62,639 bases of DNA from contig NC_068983.1 of assembly GCF_001194135.2 (NCBI RefSeq), forward strand, positions 94,528,686-94,591,324, written 5' to 3'. The notes beneath the pieces were generated by a model. It did no database searches and was not told where the DNA came from. It saw only the letters and a list, made by a program, of their open reading frames with translations. Below are positions 26,356-38,274 of this stretch, one piece after another. Numbering within the stretch: position 1 is the stretch's first letter; every line of letters starts with the position of its first letter. Origin of the DNA: Octopus bimaculoides (Eukaryota). The translations under genes were made by a program, and so were the position numbers.

Positions 26356-26386
26356 TGATGATGATGATGATGATGATAATAATAAT
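26270..26386. repeat. Compound trinucleotide microsatellite (CTA)n-(CTG)n-(ATG)n-(ATA)n
   Basis: Directly visible. Confidence 0.95.
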
Positions 26387-26865
26387 AAAAGATAGGCGAC
26401 AGCAAATATTCTGGTCAATACCACAAATTTGCTTGTTAGTTGCTTGACCTTAACTAGTTGAGCATGTCCCTTAATGGATGATGTTACGTGCATCTCTGAT
26501 CATGAGCAGAAGTAGTTGGGGAGCATCATAGCCATGTGTTGAGAGGAATTCTTTGTGGTTTGAATAAATCACCTCTGGAAGCATGGATGTTTTGTTCATC
26601 ATCCTTAAACAAACCTTATTCAAGGACCTTTTGAGCAGGATGGACTACTGAACCTGAAAAAATTCTAACTGGGCCCTACCTGCAAGGTCGTGCGCAATTT
26701 ATCTTGACATAAGATCACCATGTTGCGTACATGTGGTTGTGATGTATGTTCCTGGTGTACCTTTATCAGATGTGTAGTCATGATTGGTATATTGGGCTTC
26801 ATATAATTGTACCCCAGTGTCACTTTGATGGCATGCACTGCTCTCTCACTCAATAATAGTAGTAA

Positions 26866-26897
<32 letters not shown>

Positions 26898-27356
26898 ACA
26901 ACAACAACAACAACAACAACAACAATAATAATAATAATAATAAATGCCCAGATGCAGTACCAGGCAGTGGCTCTCATGGCTTCTGATCTTAATTGATTGG
27001 AAGTGCTATCATGTACATTGTTTTGTCTTGGTATAGCCATGTGTTGAGAGGAGTTCTTTGGAGTTTGAATAATTCTCCTTTGGAAACATGGGTGTTTTGC
27101 TCAACATCCTTAAACAAATCTTATTCAGGGACCTTTTGAGCGGGATGGGCTACGCGACCTGAAAACAATTCTAACTGGGCCCCACCTGCGAGGTCATGCG
27201 CTGTTTATCCTGATATGAAATCACCATGTCGTGCACATATGGTTGTGATGCATGTGCCTGGTGTACCCTTATCAGACGGGTAGTCATGATGGGTATATTG
27301 GGCTTTGTATATTTTACCCCAGTGTCACTTTGATGGCATGCACTGCTCTCTCACTC

Positions 27357-27393
<37 letters not shown>

Positions 27394-27946
27394 CCCTGAT
27401 GCAGCACCAGACAGTGGCTCTCGTGGTTTCTGATCTTAACTGACTGGAAATGTTATCATGTACATTGTTTTATTTTGGTATAAAAGACGGGCTACAGCAA
27501 ATATTCTGCTTAATACCACAGATTTGCTTGTCAGTTGTTTGACCTTAATCAGTTCAGCATGTCCTTTAGTGGCTGACGGTATGTGCATCTCTGATCACGA
27601 GCAGAAGTAGTGGGGGAGCATCATAGCCATGTGTTGAGAGGAATTCTTTGGAGTTTGGATAATTCACCTTTAGAAACATGGGTGTTTCGTTCAACATCCT
27701 TAAACAAACCATATTCAGGAACCTTTTGAGCGGGATGGGCTACGCGACTTGAAGAAAACTCTAACTGAGCCCCACCTGCGAGGTCATGCGCTGTTTATCT
27801 TGATATGAGATCGCCATGTCGTGCACATATGGTTGTGATGCATGTGCCTGGTGTACCCTTATCAGACGGGTAGTCATGACGGGTATACTGTGCTTCGTAT
27901 ATTTTACCCCAGTGTCACTTTGATGACATGCATTGTTCTCACACTC

Positions 27947-27947
<1 letters not shown>
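26387..27947. mobile_element. Head-to-tail array of three copies of a ~560-bp dispersed repeat (26387-26852, 26943-27357, 27390-27947)
   Basis: Shared blocks such as GGTGTACCCTTATCAGACGGGTAGTCATGA and CCCCAGTGTCACTTTGATGGCATGCACTG. Units are separated by (AAT)n-type repeats. A fourth copy lies at 38454-38917. Confidence 0.85.
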
Positions 27948-27990
<43 letters not shown>

Positions 27991-28557
27991 CAACAACGAC
28001 TACAATGGTGATGATGATGACGACAACGACGAAGGGAGGGTGAGGGTGATGATGAGGAGGACCATAACCATGGTGATAATGATAATTGTTAACATATGCA
28101 CACGGCCGAAAATTTGGAAGGAAGGGAACAGTTGATTATATCGAAAAAAAGTATTTAACTAGTTCATTTCGACCTTGGAAGGATGTAAGCTAAAGTCTTT
28201 TGCATTTTCTTGCTGTGATCAACTTTACCCGATAAAATAACCGCCAGTCAAGAACTGGAATCGATGTTATCAACTATCCACAACGTCTTTGCGGGATCTC
28301 TTCAGTTTGGCTCACAGATTTAAAAATTATTTTTTTTAACTAAACAGTTTGAAACTTCGTATGCTAGTGTAATTTCTCACGCTAAACACGGTTTAGTTTC
28401 AACATTTTGGACAAAATTTCGTATTTTAGAAGTTATTTCATGTTAAATTTGTCGTATTTTGGATAATTTTAACCAATCAACGACATGTATTCAGCTGAAG
28501 AAACCTTCTGCTGTTTGCGACAGCAATCCAAGAACAACAACTTCTGGGTCATCTCTA

Positions 28558-28957
28558 TAATTTACACGTTAGCATGCCGGGGAAAAATACTTCGCGGCAG
28601 TTCGTCTGTCTTTACGTTCTGAATTCAAATTCCGCCGAGGTCGTCTTTGCCTTTCATCCTTTGGGGGTCGATAAATTAAGCACCAGTTGCATACTGGAGT
28701 CGATCTAATTGACTGGCCACTTCCTAAAAAATTCGAGCCTTGTGCCTAGAGTAGAAAAGAATCGTTAGCACGCGGGAAAAATGTTTCGCGGCATTCCGTC
28801 AGTCTTCGTGTTCTGAGTTCAAATGCTGTCGAGGTCGATTTTGCCTTTCATCCTTTCGAGGTCGATGAAATAAGTGCCAGTTGAGCACTGGGGTTGGTGT
28901 AATCGTCTTGCACCTTTCCTTGAAATTTCTGGCCTTGCGTCAAAATTTGAAACCATT
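28558..28957 (+). mobile_element. Two tandem SINE family A copies
   Basis: GTTCTGAATTCAAATTCCGCCGAGGTCG..., with a second head GAATCGTTAGCACG near 28760. Confidence 0.88.
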
Positions 28958-29029
28958 ATTAAGGGTTTCTAACATTGGCTGCTAACATACAAATTTGTGA
29001 GATGGATACCCCAATTAAATCGAACCCCA

Positions 29030-29150
29030 ATACTTTATCAGGAAGATGGAAGGTAAAAATCGATTTCGGCGGGATTTGAACTCGGAATGTAAACAGATTA
29101 TAACAAATTATTGCAAGGTATTTTGTCCGGCTTTCTACCGATTGTGGAAT
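29030..29150 (-). mobile_element. SINE family A fragment
   Basis: GGAAGATGGAAGGTAAAAATCGATTTCGGCGGGATTTGAACTC. Confidence 0.65.
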
Positions 29151-30111
29151 GGTAAGGCGCCACTAAAAATGACTTGCGGTATTCAGTTACATGTCTTTAC
29201 GGTTTAAATTTGAGTTTAAATCCCGCTGGAGTCGATGTAGACTTTCATCATAGTTGAGTTATTTTACAAAATAAACCCAACTTGCTCTTTCCCCTTCCAC
29301 TCCGGTAAGCTGATATATGTTTTACTAACCTCAGTAGCAATTCGACCCGAAAGAATCTCAAATTTTCATTTCTGATAGGTCATTCTCATAAATTTTGTTG
29401 CTAAAAAAAAAAAAAAAATATAAACAAATCAAAGGAAATTTGAAAATCCAGTACACACGTTCCATTATTGTCAATAACTAAATTATTTTTCAATGGTATG
29501 TTGCAGCAACTGCTGCTGCTGCTGCTGCTAACATTGTTATTTAACCCTAGTACTTATGAGGCAGACCTGTGTTCAAAGACGTTTCAATCGTGCCCATCTC
29601 TTCAGACTTTCAGATATAGTGTATCTAGGACTGCATTGTCTGACTACTACTTTACGCTTTAGAATCGAAGAAAAAAATTCACAGTTTCAGAAATAAGTCG
29701 CAGGTAAGAAAGTCTTTGTTTAATTAAAGTCAAGACATAACATTGTTTCTACGATTTTTTTTTTTCTTGTGACAGATTTTTCTGTTGAAAGATTTAAGGG
29801 AAATTTGGCTGCTATTTCTGGCAGGTCGATCGACTATTAAGTAGCTTTCTCGCTGGCTTAAACACATGTTTTAAAATTCAAATGACTTGAGGTTTAAATA
29901 AAATGAACACTCAATGAAAAGAAGACTCTAGAACAGGAAAATTTGTTGGACAAAATTTTTTCCTCAGACAAGCTATTGAATCTTTACGAAGGTGATCTAA
30001 TCTATATGAGATATTTGTTGCAATGGTAGAACAATGATTCCTTCTTAGTTAACCCGAGAATCTATATTTAACATTTTTAATGTAGTGTTCAATCAACAGA
30101 TATGATATTCT

Positions 30112-30325
30112 CTTCTACTCAAGGCACAAGGCCCGAAATTTTGGGGGGAGAGGGCCAGTCGATTAGATCGATCCCAGTACGCAACTGGTACTTAATTTAT
30201 CGACCCTGAAAGGATGAAAGGCAAAGATGACCTCGGCGGAATTTGAACTCAGAACATAAAGACAGACGAAATACCGCTAAGCATTTCGCCCGGCGTGCTA
30301 ACGTTTCTGCCAGCTCGCCGCCTTT
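30112..30325 (-). mobile_element. SINE family A, well conserved
   Basis: Near-consensus reverse-complement copy from head to tail. Confidence 0.9.
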
Positions 30326-30529
30326 AACAGATATGATATTGACACAGAACAAATACACGCACGACATTAGAAGCAAACAAATATTCAGCACTACATATCT
30401 GGGGGTCATAAGCAACATACATGTTAAAAGTTTTAAACAAAATACATTCTTAACAGAGAAGGAATTATGTTCTATCATGACAACAAAGGATCCCAAATTG
30501 CTAGGTCTACTGCACAAAATTCAGTAGAT

Positions 30530-31050
30530 TTTTAGGGCAAAAATGTTTGTATATATAAATATAGCGTTTTCAAATGTGACGTTGCCTTGCATAAACTATC
30601 TCGCTTCCACAAAAGCAGTTTGATTTTTAACATCTCATATGACCTTTGATGGATGTCATATGTATCTCAACAGCTGCAAACACTTTCAGTTTAAGCAGTT
30701 GTTGACTGAAAGCACAAATACAGTCAATAGACAGTACTGCTTCTAACCTATCTGAGAAGATACATTCTACATCTACACTACCTTCGAATTATGTTTTCCT
30801 TCTACCTTTCTTATCATTACTGCTATAATCTTTGTTCTCCTGAACCTGATAAACTTGCCCTTTTCTTGTCACTTTTCACATATTTTGTGCTCATCTCTGA
30901 TCAATCCTTCTCTACAATTCACCTCTCAGAAAAACTGCGAACTGAATAATAATCATATTTATTCTCTCTAGTCACCCACTCTCTTCCAATCCAAATAATT
31001 ATTGAAAATATTATGAGCACCAAGTTAATTCTTCAAACTAACAATTAATT
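30530..31050 (-). mobile_element. Possible decayed LINE endonuclease (APE)-region fragment
   Basis: Purine-rich minus strand with weak IAVMIRK / DRLEAV-like pieces and many stops. Confidence 0.3.
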
Positions 31051-31289
31051 CTACACTAATTCAATGAAGAGCAAAGATGTTCTAAATTGGATTTGAACCT
31101 TGATATATGATTCACTGAAGTAAATGCAACAAACTCTATCCGAGATGCAAAACAGATTTACTGGAATATGATAGTATGTCAGAAGTGGGGAACCAACATG
31201 ATTATGATGACTGGCGAAACCGTCTCTCTAGTACACTGTTCTGTAAACATTAAAGGATTTATTGAGCAACATTTAATTGCGAAGCACCA

Positions 31290-31315
31290 TCTATATATAT
31301 AAAAATGAGAATGTG

Positions 31316-31346
<31 letters not shown>

Positions 31347-32994
31347 GTGAATCCCTAAAACTCGAGAACTACGCAACCAATTTCATTCAAATTTTACACA
31401 TGCCTTACTTAGGGTTCCAGTTGTGTTTTAGTCAAAAAAAATTATTAACTTCTTGCAGAGTTCGAGCACACGGCAACATAATATCTCCTCCACTATTTAA
31501 GTATTACGTGTCAAAAGTGAAACAAAAATACTCATGTCAAATACTTTCACTTTAAAAATGAAACTATTCCACTAACTGAAACAATCACATTTCGATACTG
31601 TAGTGACATATACTTTCACAGAGAGAGAAAGAGAGAGACAGAAAGAGAGAGAGAGNNNNNNNNNNNNNNNNNNNNNNNNNNNNNNNNNNNNNNNNNNNNN
31701 NNNNNNNNNNNNNNNNNNNNNNNNNNNNNNNNNNNNNNNNNNNNNNNNNNNNNNNNNNNNNNNNNNNNNNNNNNNNNNNNNNNNNNNNNNNNNNNNNNNN
31801 NNNNNNNNNNNNNNNNNNNNNNNNNNNNNNNNNNNNNNNNNNNNNNNNNNNNNNNNNNNNNNNNNNNNNNNNNNNNNNNNNNNNNNNNNNNNNNNNNNNN
31901 NNNNNNNNNNNNNNNNNNNNNNNNNNNNNNNNNNNNNNNNNNNNNNNNNNNNNNNNNNNNNNNNNNNNNNNNNNNNNNNNNNNNNNNNNNNNNNNNNNNN
32001 NNNNNNNNNNNNNNNNNNNNNNNNNNNNNNNNNNNNNNNNNNNNNNNNNNNNNNNNNNNNNNNNNNNNNNNNNNNNNNNNNNNNNNNNNNNNNNNNNNNN
32101 NNNNNNNNNNNNNNNNNNNNNNNNNNNNNNNNNNNNNNNNNNNNNNNNNNNNNNNNNNNNNNNNNNNNNNNNNNNNNNNNNNNNNNNNNNNNNNNNNNNN
32201 NNNNNNNNNNNNNNNNNNNNNNNNNNNNNNNNNNNNNNNNNNNNNNNNNNNNNNNNNNNNNNNNNNNNNNNNNNNNNNNNNNNNNNNNNNNNNNNNNNNN
32301 NNNNNNNNNNNNNNNNNNNNNNNNNNNNNNNNNNNNNNNNNNNNNNNNNNNNNNNNNNNNNNNNNNNNNNNNNNNNNNNNNNNNNNNNNNNNNNNNNNNN
32401 NNNNNNNNNNNNNNNNNNNNNNNNNNNNNNNNNNNNNNNNNNNNNNNNNNNNNNNNNNNNNNNNNNNNNNNNNNNNNNNNNNNNNNNNNNNNNNNNNNNN
32501 NNNNNNNNNNNNNNNNNNNNNNNNNNNNNNNNNNNNNNNNNNNNNNNNNNNNNNNNNNNNNNNNNNNNNNNNNNNNNNNNNNNNNNNNNNNNNNNNNNNN
32601 NNNNNNNNNATAAACAAATATCAGGGTCAAACACTGTCTGTAGCTGGTCTTCTCTTGGAAGAGCCCTGCTTCTCACATGGACAACTGTATGTTGGCTGCT
32701 CAAGAGTGGGCAGCAACAAAAAACCTATTTGTATATGCTCCACAAGGGAAAACAAGGAACATAGTTTACAATGAGGTGTTATAATCACAACAGCAAGAAA
32801 GTATGTACATGATCACCTTCTTTTACGAAACTTCATTGACTTTCATATATTTATATTGATATACATATATATACGTGTGTTTGGGTGCGTGTGTGTATAT
32901 ACATCTCTATATATAAAGATGATGCGTAGTCTAGACGGCGTTTTTAGATTTCATTATTCTCTTTAACCCGGGCAACGCCGGGTATTTCTGCTAG
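31290..32994 (+). mobile_element. Helitron (non-autonomous, gapped) carrying the RepHel helicase C-terminus
   Basis: 5' A|TCTATATATATAAAAATGAG. 3' hairpin ACCCGG-GCAACG-CCGGGT then CTAG|T. Bases 32610-32784 encode INKYQGQTLSVAGLLLEEPCFSHGQLYVGCSRVG..(frameshift)NLFVYAPQGKTRNIVYNEVL*. Confidence 0.88.
32904..32994 (+). mobile_element. 91-bp ends-only mini-Helitron
   Basis: A|TCTCTATATATAAAGATGA (18/19 match to the 5' end of the 45030-46116 copy) is fused directly to the 72-bp 3' end with hairpin and CTAG|T. Confidence 0.75.
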
Positions 32995-33299
32995 TTCTGA
33001 ATATTGTTGGCATTGAATAAAGCAGAATACTTGATGCTGATTTGTATCACAGCAGAATATTTTTTTTTAAATCGACGGAGCCGATCAAACAAGCAATATA
33101 CAGATGTAAATTTACGAGACTGTTCGGGCTAAATTTGTCAGTTTGCATAAAAAGGAAACAAAGCACAATATCCCATCATAATATAAAAGTATCTTAAAAA
33201 TCAAAACATGTCAGCTAGATTATGGCTGAGAGATAACAATTTACTGAAAGTAGCCGCCCTCTGCCTCTCATCCAAAAATACAAATATTTTAGAAATCAA

Positions 33300-34000
33300 A
33301 AAGTATCAACTAGGTTATGGAAGGGGGATAACAGTTTACTCAAAGTAACCACTCTTAGCGTCCACTGCAGCCTGAAGACAGCTCTGGAACCTGGCGCATG
33401 CATTCCTTACCGTGTCCCTGGAAAGATCTTTGAACATCTTTTTGATCTTGGCCACGGTTGGTGTCTTTCTCAACCGCACTAGACACATAGTAATACATGG
33501 AATTACATCGGGGGAAATAGGAGACCAGAAATTGAGGCCAGTGAAGTCGTAGAAATTCTCCGATAACCACTTCCGGAGATATGACAAGAAGCCGAATCCT
33601 GCTGCCACACATGCGGTTTTCCAACTGCAACCCTCTCCAACTAGGGTCTGATCACAGTCTCTAGTAGCTTCACATAGCCGCCTGCATTTAGCCTTAGACT
33701 AAATTCAGACGGCTATGTGTAAGGCCCTGTTCAAAGGTGTGGGATGGCATAACGTCACCTTCACTAGAGACACACCCAAAGACCATTTCAGCGTGGGGTA
33801 CTTGGTTTTCATGAAGTTTGTGTCACGTCCTGCAGCCTTTGCAGTATTCATGGAGCATTGAGTTGCAGTCATGATGTCGGCATTTTAATAATCGGCGCGA
33901 ATCATCATGATATTGGTAACTCTTTTCCAACATTCAGATGGCTCCCAATCCTCCATGTCAGTTAACCGTTCACCGACACATCAAGCTGTTCCTGAAAAAG
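33300..34000 (-). mobile_element. maT/DD37D-like Tc1/mariner transposase remnant, internally deleted
   Basis: MEDWEPSE..TATQCSMNT, MKTKYP, VSSEGDVMP, VWQQDSASCH, WLSENFYDFT..FWSPISPD, YYVSSAVEKDTN. The DD37D spacing is inferred because this copy has indels. Confidence 0.75.
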
Positions 34001-35524
34001 GAGACATGAAATGTCAAATTTAATCCATATCGTATCTCAGTTTAATTTTAACTAAGCTAATTTTTCTTTCATACTTTAAATTTTTCTTTCGCATTGATTC
34101 GTTCTTTTTTGCAACGTCTTATTGGCAATGTTTCTTTCTTCGCCACCCTTCACAATATCGCTTTCTTCGCAACATTCCTTTCTTTGCAATATGTCTCGTT
34201 CCTTAATCATCTTTTTCTGCAATAAGCAAAGAGTTAACAAGATAGATTTCCCCTATGAATAAAATACTTTGCTTTTGTGGTTTAGTGAAATAGGGTTGCA
34301 TAATTTTCATGACTAATTCGCTGTATATGCGAGTTTCTAACAGAGATCGAAATTTACTTCATAGGAGTTGTCGCAGAGACTATATAATTCATCATTTCCA
34401 ACTTATATGTAATGTTAGTGTGAATCTGTTGAAGACAGTAGTAGTGCTACGGTTTCATGGCTGCGTTGGAAAAGTTAGTGTTGTATCTTGTGAAGTCGTT
34501 CGAAGTCAAACTAGATGTCTAACTACTCACATCTATAAGACTGTGATGCTACTTCACTCTCTAACATACTGGACCAATTCCCAACGAAGGATATTTGACC
34601 TGCTAGTAATAGCAGCTAGCTCTCATTCAAATCACACCCTACCTCCTTACCAACAAGCTTCAACCTCTAGTTCAGAGATTTATAGCGATTTTCAGAGTTT
34701 TAGAATGCCCCCCTTCACACACACGTTTCAACAAAGGCTTTTGTTTTCTTAACTTTCTGCATACTGTTGCATGCAGGCCCAGTCGCTCCACCCGTTTCTC
34801 ATCTCTCGTCATCTGACAGCTTCTCACTTCCCAGGTAATCCTCTCTTCCTTCTGACTGCGACCTACATTTGTTCAAATTGAACATCAACAGCATAAATTT
34901 CGCCAGTTTGAGAAGGCCTACAGAGGACGTGTGCACTGTCACTGCTCAGTTGACTATGATTGTTTTTAAAATATTTGAACCAGTTCAAATACTTTAAAAA
35001 AATGTTTAAAAAATTGATCTTTAAATGAAATGGATTTCTTATTTAACTTCAGGTCAGCCTTGACTTAGCAAACCTATGACCAAAAACGTTACAGACATGA
35101 CCATCTCGCCTTTCTCTAGGAATTTCTGCATCTCGTATTTCATTATACAATGTTATTCTCTTTTAAAATGTGAATGTAAATTGAGACAGATTTGACTAAT
35201 ATTTCTGGCAGCTCGGGTGACCATGTTGAAGTTCCCCATCTCGAATCAAGGTGGTGTTATTTAGACGAGTCTAGATGGAGATCAGACATTCCAGTTTTGA
35301 TTATTCTGTTTCTTTTTTTTCTCTCGCAAAAATGTCATATTTATAACTACAATATTCAATACATCCTTCTTTTTTAAGACTGTAGAGTGTGAATTAAGGG
35401 AATTTTTTTGTGTTGTTGTTGTTTAGCCCTAAGTTAACTCGAATCCAGTAGACCTTATAATCAAAGACGCTCCAAACAAGACCGTGCTTTTTTTCTTTTC
35501 AGCCATATTATTTAATATAATCTT

Positions 35525-35740
35525 AAGGCAGAAGAGAACCATTGGCACAGCGGACAGACTGCTTAACAGTTTTTCTTCCGGGTTTACGTTCTGAACTCAA
35601 CATTCCACCGAGGTCGACTTTGTCTTTCATCCTTTCAGGGTCGATAAAATATCTACTTATCGAGCATAAGAGTCGATGTAATCGACTAGACCTCTCCCCC
35701 AAAATTTCAGGCCTTGAGTCTAAAATAGAAAGAATTATGG
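35525..35740 (+). mobile_element. SINE family A
   Basis: TTTACGTTCTGAACTCAAC..CCGAGGTCGACTTTGTCTTTCATCCTTTCAGGGTCGATAAAAT. Confidence 0.8.
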
Positions 35741-36984
35741 CAGAATTCTCAGAACATTTTTACTTTTTGGAATTTTCAGAAAATTTTGGCGAATTCGTGT
35801 TCCACACACGAGAATTCATATGACTACTAAAAAGGTTATTTTTTAAAATTTTGTAAAAAAATTTGTTGAGATTTTTGTTTTTAAATCGGTTTAAAATTTG
35901 GACAGTCCGAATTTTTTGGTTAAATTCCATCAATAGACATACATGTGTTTATGGAGAGAAACATAGCAAAACATCAATACATCAGAGTGACAAACAAACG
36001 AGGATGATATCAGGTGGTAGTTAGATATGCTAAAAATAACTCCTAAATAGCCCTTAAATCACACACACAAAAATTGAGGGTGGAGTTCATAATCGTAGTA
36101 ATTCCTGTGTGTAGAATACAAATTCGCAAAAATTTTCTGAAAATTCCAAAATCTAAAAAAGTTATGAGAGGGGTTATATGGCGTACTTAAACAAGAATTT
36201 GATACACCATTTTTATTTATTTCTGAAGATAACACGTTGTTTAAGGGAGATTTGGTTGCTGTTTCTAACAAGTTGAGTAACTGCATAAAGCCTCTTCTGT
36301 TGACATGAAGAATTCAATATTTTACATAGTTCTACTTCGGCAATTAAGTTACATTCTGCTTCACCAAATTAACTAAATTCATTTCCCTTTCAAACGTCGT
36401 TTCGACACAAATAACTCGTGTATTTGTAAACATAAACTGAACTCTAATTTTCCTATTTTCTCCGGAAGGTCAATAGTTCATGCGTCAAATCTCTAGAGAT
36501 TTATTAGAATTTAGTAATGGTAGTGGTGGTGGGAAACTACGTAGGAGTAATTTTACTGATCGTTTTTGTTCAAAATTGTAATTGAAACAGAAGTTAGGAG
36601 TGGTAGAATTTTTATTATTATTATTTTTTTTTTTTAATCTTAAATCAGAAAATTACCACTTTCTTTCAATCAAAGAAACAAAGTCAGGTCAGCTTCAGTG
36701 CAGATTTCTTTTGCAATTCTATTCTTCTCTATTCTATTCGCTACTCGAAGTCATCTAGATTTGGAAACTCCTTACGTCTTCTCTCTATTCTTCTAACAAT
36801 GGAGACATATTTCAAAGGTTCTAACTTCGAAACTTTATTTTCCTATTAATTTTACGTTTTCGGTGTCCATCGGTGAGTTGATTGTTTTTTTTTAAATTTT
36901 TTCGACCTCAAATTAGTGTTTAGGTGCGTATAATGTATAATATTGTTTATTCTTGAAAATGTATTTGTTCACACGCACACACTA

Positions 36985-37305
36985 AAGGCGCAGGTGTAGC
37001 TGTGTGTGAAGAGATTGAAAATTGGCAGCCAAGCAGAAAAGATCGTGATTGGATTTGGTAGATGGAAACTGAATGAAGCCCGTCGTGTATGTGTGTGTTT
37101 GGCCACCACTTGACAACCGGTGCTGGTGTGTTTATGTCCCCGTAACATACCGATTCCTTCAAAGTAACCGATAAAACGGTTAGTTAAGCGATACCAGGCT
37201 TTTTGAATAAAAAAGAAAATTTTTGGGTCGATTCATTCGACTAAAATACTTCAATGTGGTGCCACAGCATGGCTACAGCCCAATGACTGAAACAAGTAAA
37301 AGATA
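36985..37305 (+). mobile_element. SINE family B
   Basis: GGCGCAGGTGTAGCTGTGTG head, GGATTTGGTAGATGGAAACTGAA, GACAACCGGTGCTGGTGTGTTTATGTCCCCGTAAC, AATGACTGAAACAAGTAAAAG. Confidence 0.8.
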
Positions 37306-37574
37306 AAAAATATGTCGTCGTCTAAGAATCTATGACTTGGAATAAGCAGGTGCTTGTTTATTGGTCGACAGAGTGGGTATATATGTTGCTACAATGGAGT
37401 GTTATAGACCCGTCTCAAATAATTTGAGAAGATCAATCTCGGCACTCATCAGAAGGATTGATAGGGAAAAGTACTTTGCCAGATGAGTTGGAAAGCGTTA
37501 CATCCAGTCGCCTAGTTTGCGCAAATCATTAAAAAAAAAAACGAACGCAAAAAAATAACAACAACAATAATAAT

Positions 37575-37770
37575 AATGGCTTCAAATTTTGCCATGAGGG
37601 CAGCAGTTTTTGGGAGAGGGATGAGTCGATTACATCGACCCCACTGTTCAACTGGTACTTATTTTATCGACCCCGAAAAGATGAAAGTTAAAGTCGACCT
37701 CGGGCAACGGCCGAAATATCGCTAAGCATTTCGTCCTGCGCGCTAACGATTCTGTCAGCTTCCGCCTTAA
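37575..37770 (-). mobile_element. SINE family A
   Basis: Reverse-complement copy with a small internal deletion. Confidence 0.85.
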
Positions 37771-37793
37771 ATAATAATAATTATTATTATTAT

Positions 37794-38000
37794 TAACGAA
37801 ATGTTGGCACCAAGCAGTGTTTAGGCATAAGCAAAGTTTAGGTCACCTAAAATATGTTTGTGACATATTTCAACTGCTAAAAGGCAAATTCACTGCAGTT
37901 ACCGTGGAGCCTTTTAGCATTTGAAATATGTCACAAAAATATTTTAACTAACCTAATTTTTGCTTATGCCTAAACACTGCTTGGCGCTAACATTTCGTTA
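37794..38000. repeat. Foldback element, ~90-bp arms around a 23-bp loop
   Basis: TAACGAAATGTT(G/A)GC(A/G)CCAAGCAGTGTTTAGGCATAAGCAAA and TTTGTGACATATTTCAA.TGCTAAAAGGC are inverted about 37898. Confidence 0.9.
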
Positions 38001-38274
38001 TTTTCCTCGATCGGATGAGCTACCCGCGCAAATCAGTCAACGCTGTTAACTGAATTTTACATAGAGCTATTAATTTTATAAATTTGTTCAGAGTTGCCTC
38101 TCTTAAGTACATCCTATTGACAAGAGTAAAAAAAACTCGAAACATCGATGTCTGGGATTCCTGATAAATGGTGACACTGAACAAACCGGCTGTCTTCATA
38201 CTTTTTTTTTTTACCATAAGAGAGATATTTTCTCCGCGGTAACTGCAGTGAATTTCCCTTTTAGCATAATAATA

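Noticed and set aside
26387-27947. Repeat-spacer-like or CRISPR-like periodicity (also RTE UTR units at 43990-44260)
   Set aside because: Units are long, degenerate and lack unique spacers. The context is eukaryotic and there are no cas genes.
36650-36880. ATG at ~36799 with a strong TCG|GTGAGT donor at ~36872
   Set aside because: The ATG frame stops before the donor and no convincing acceptor or homology is visible. It could still be a non-coding exon.
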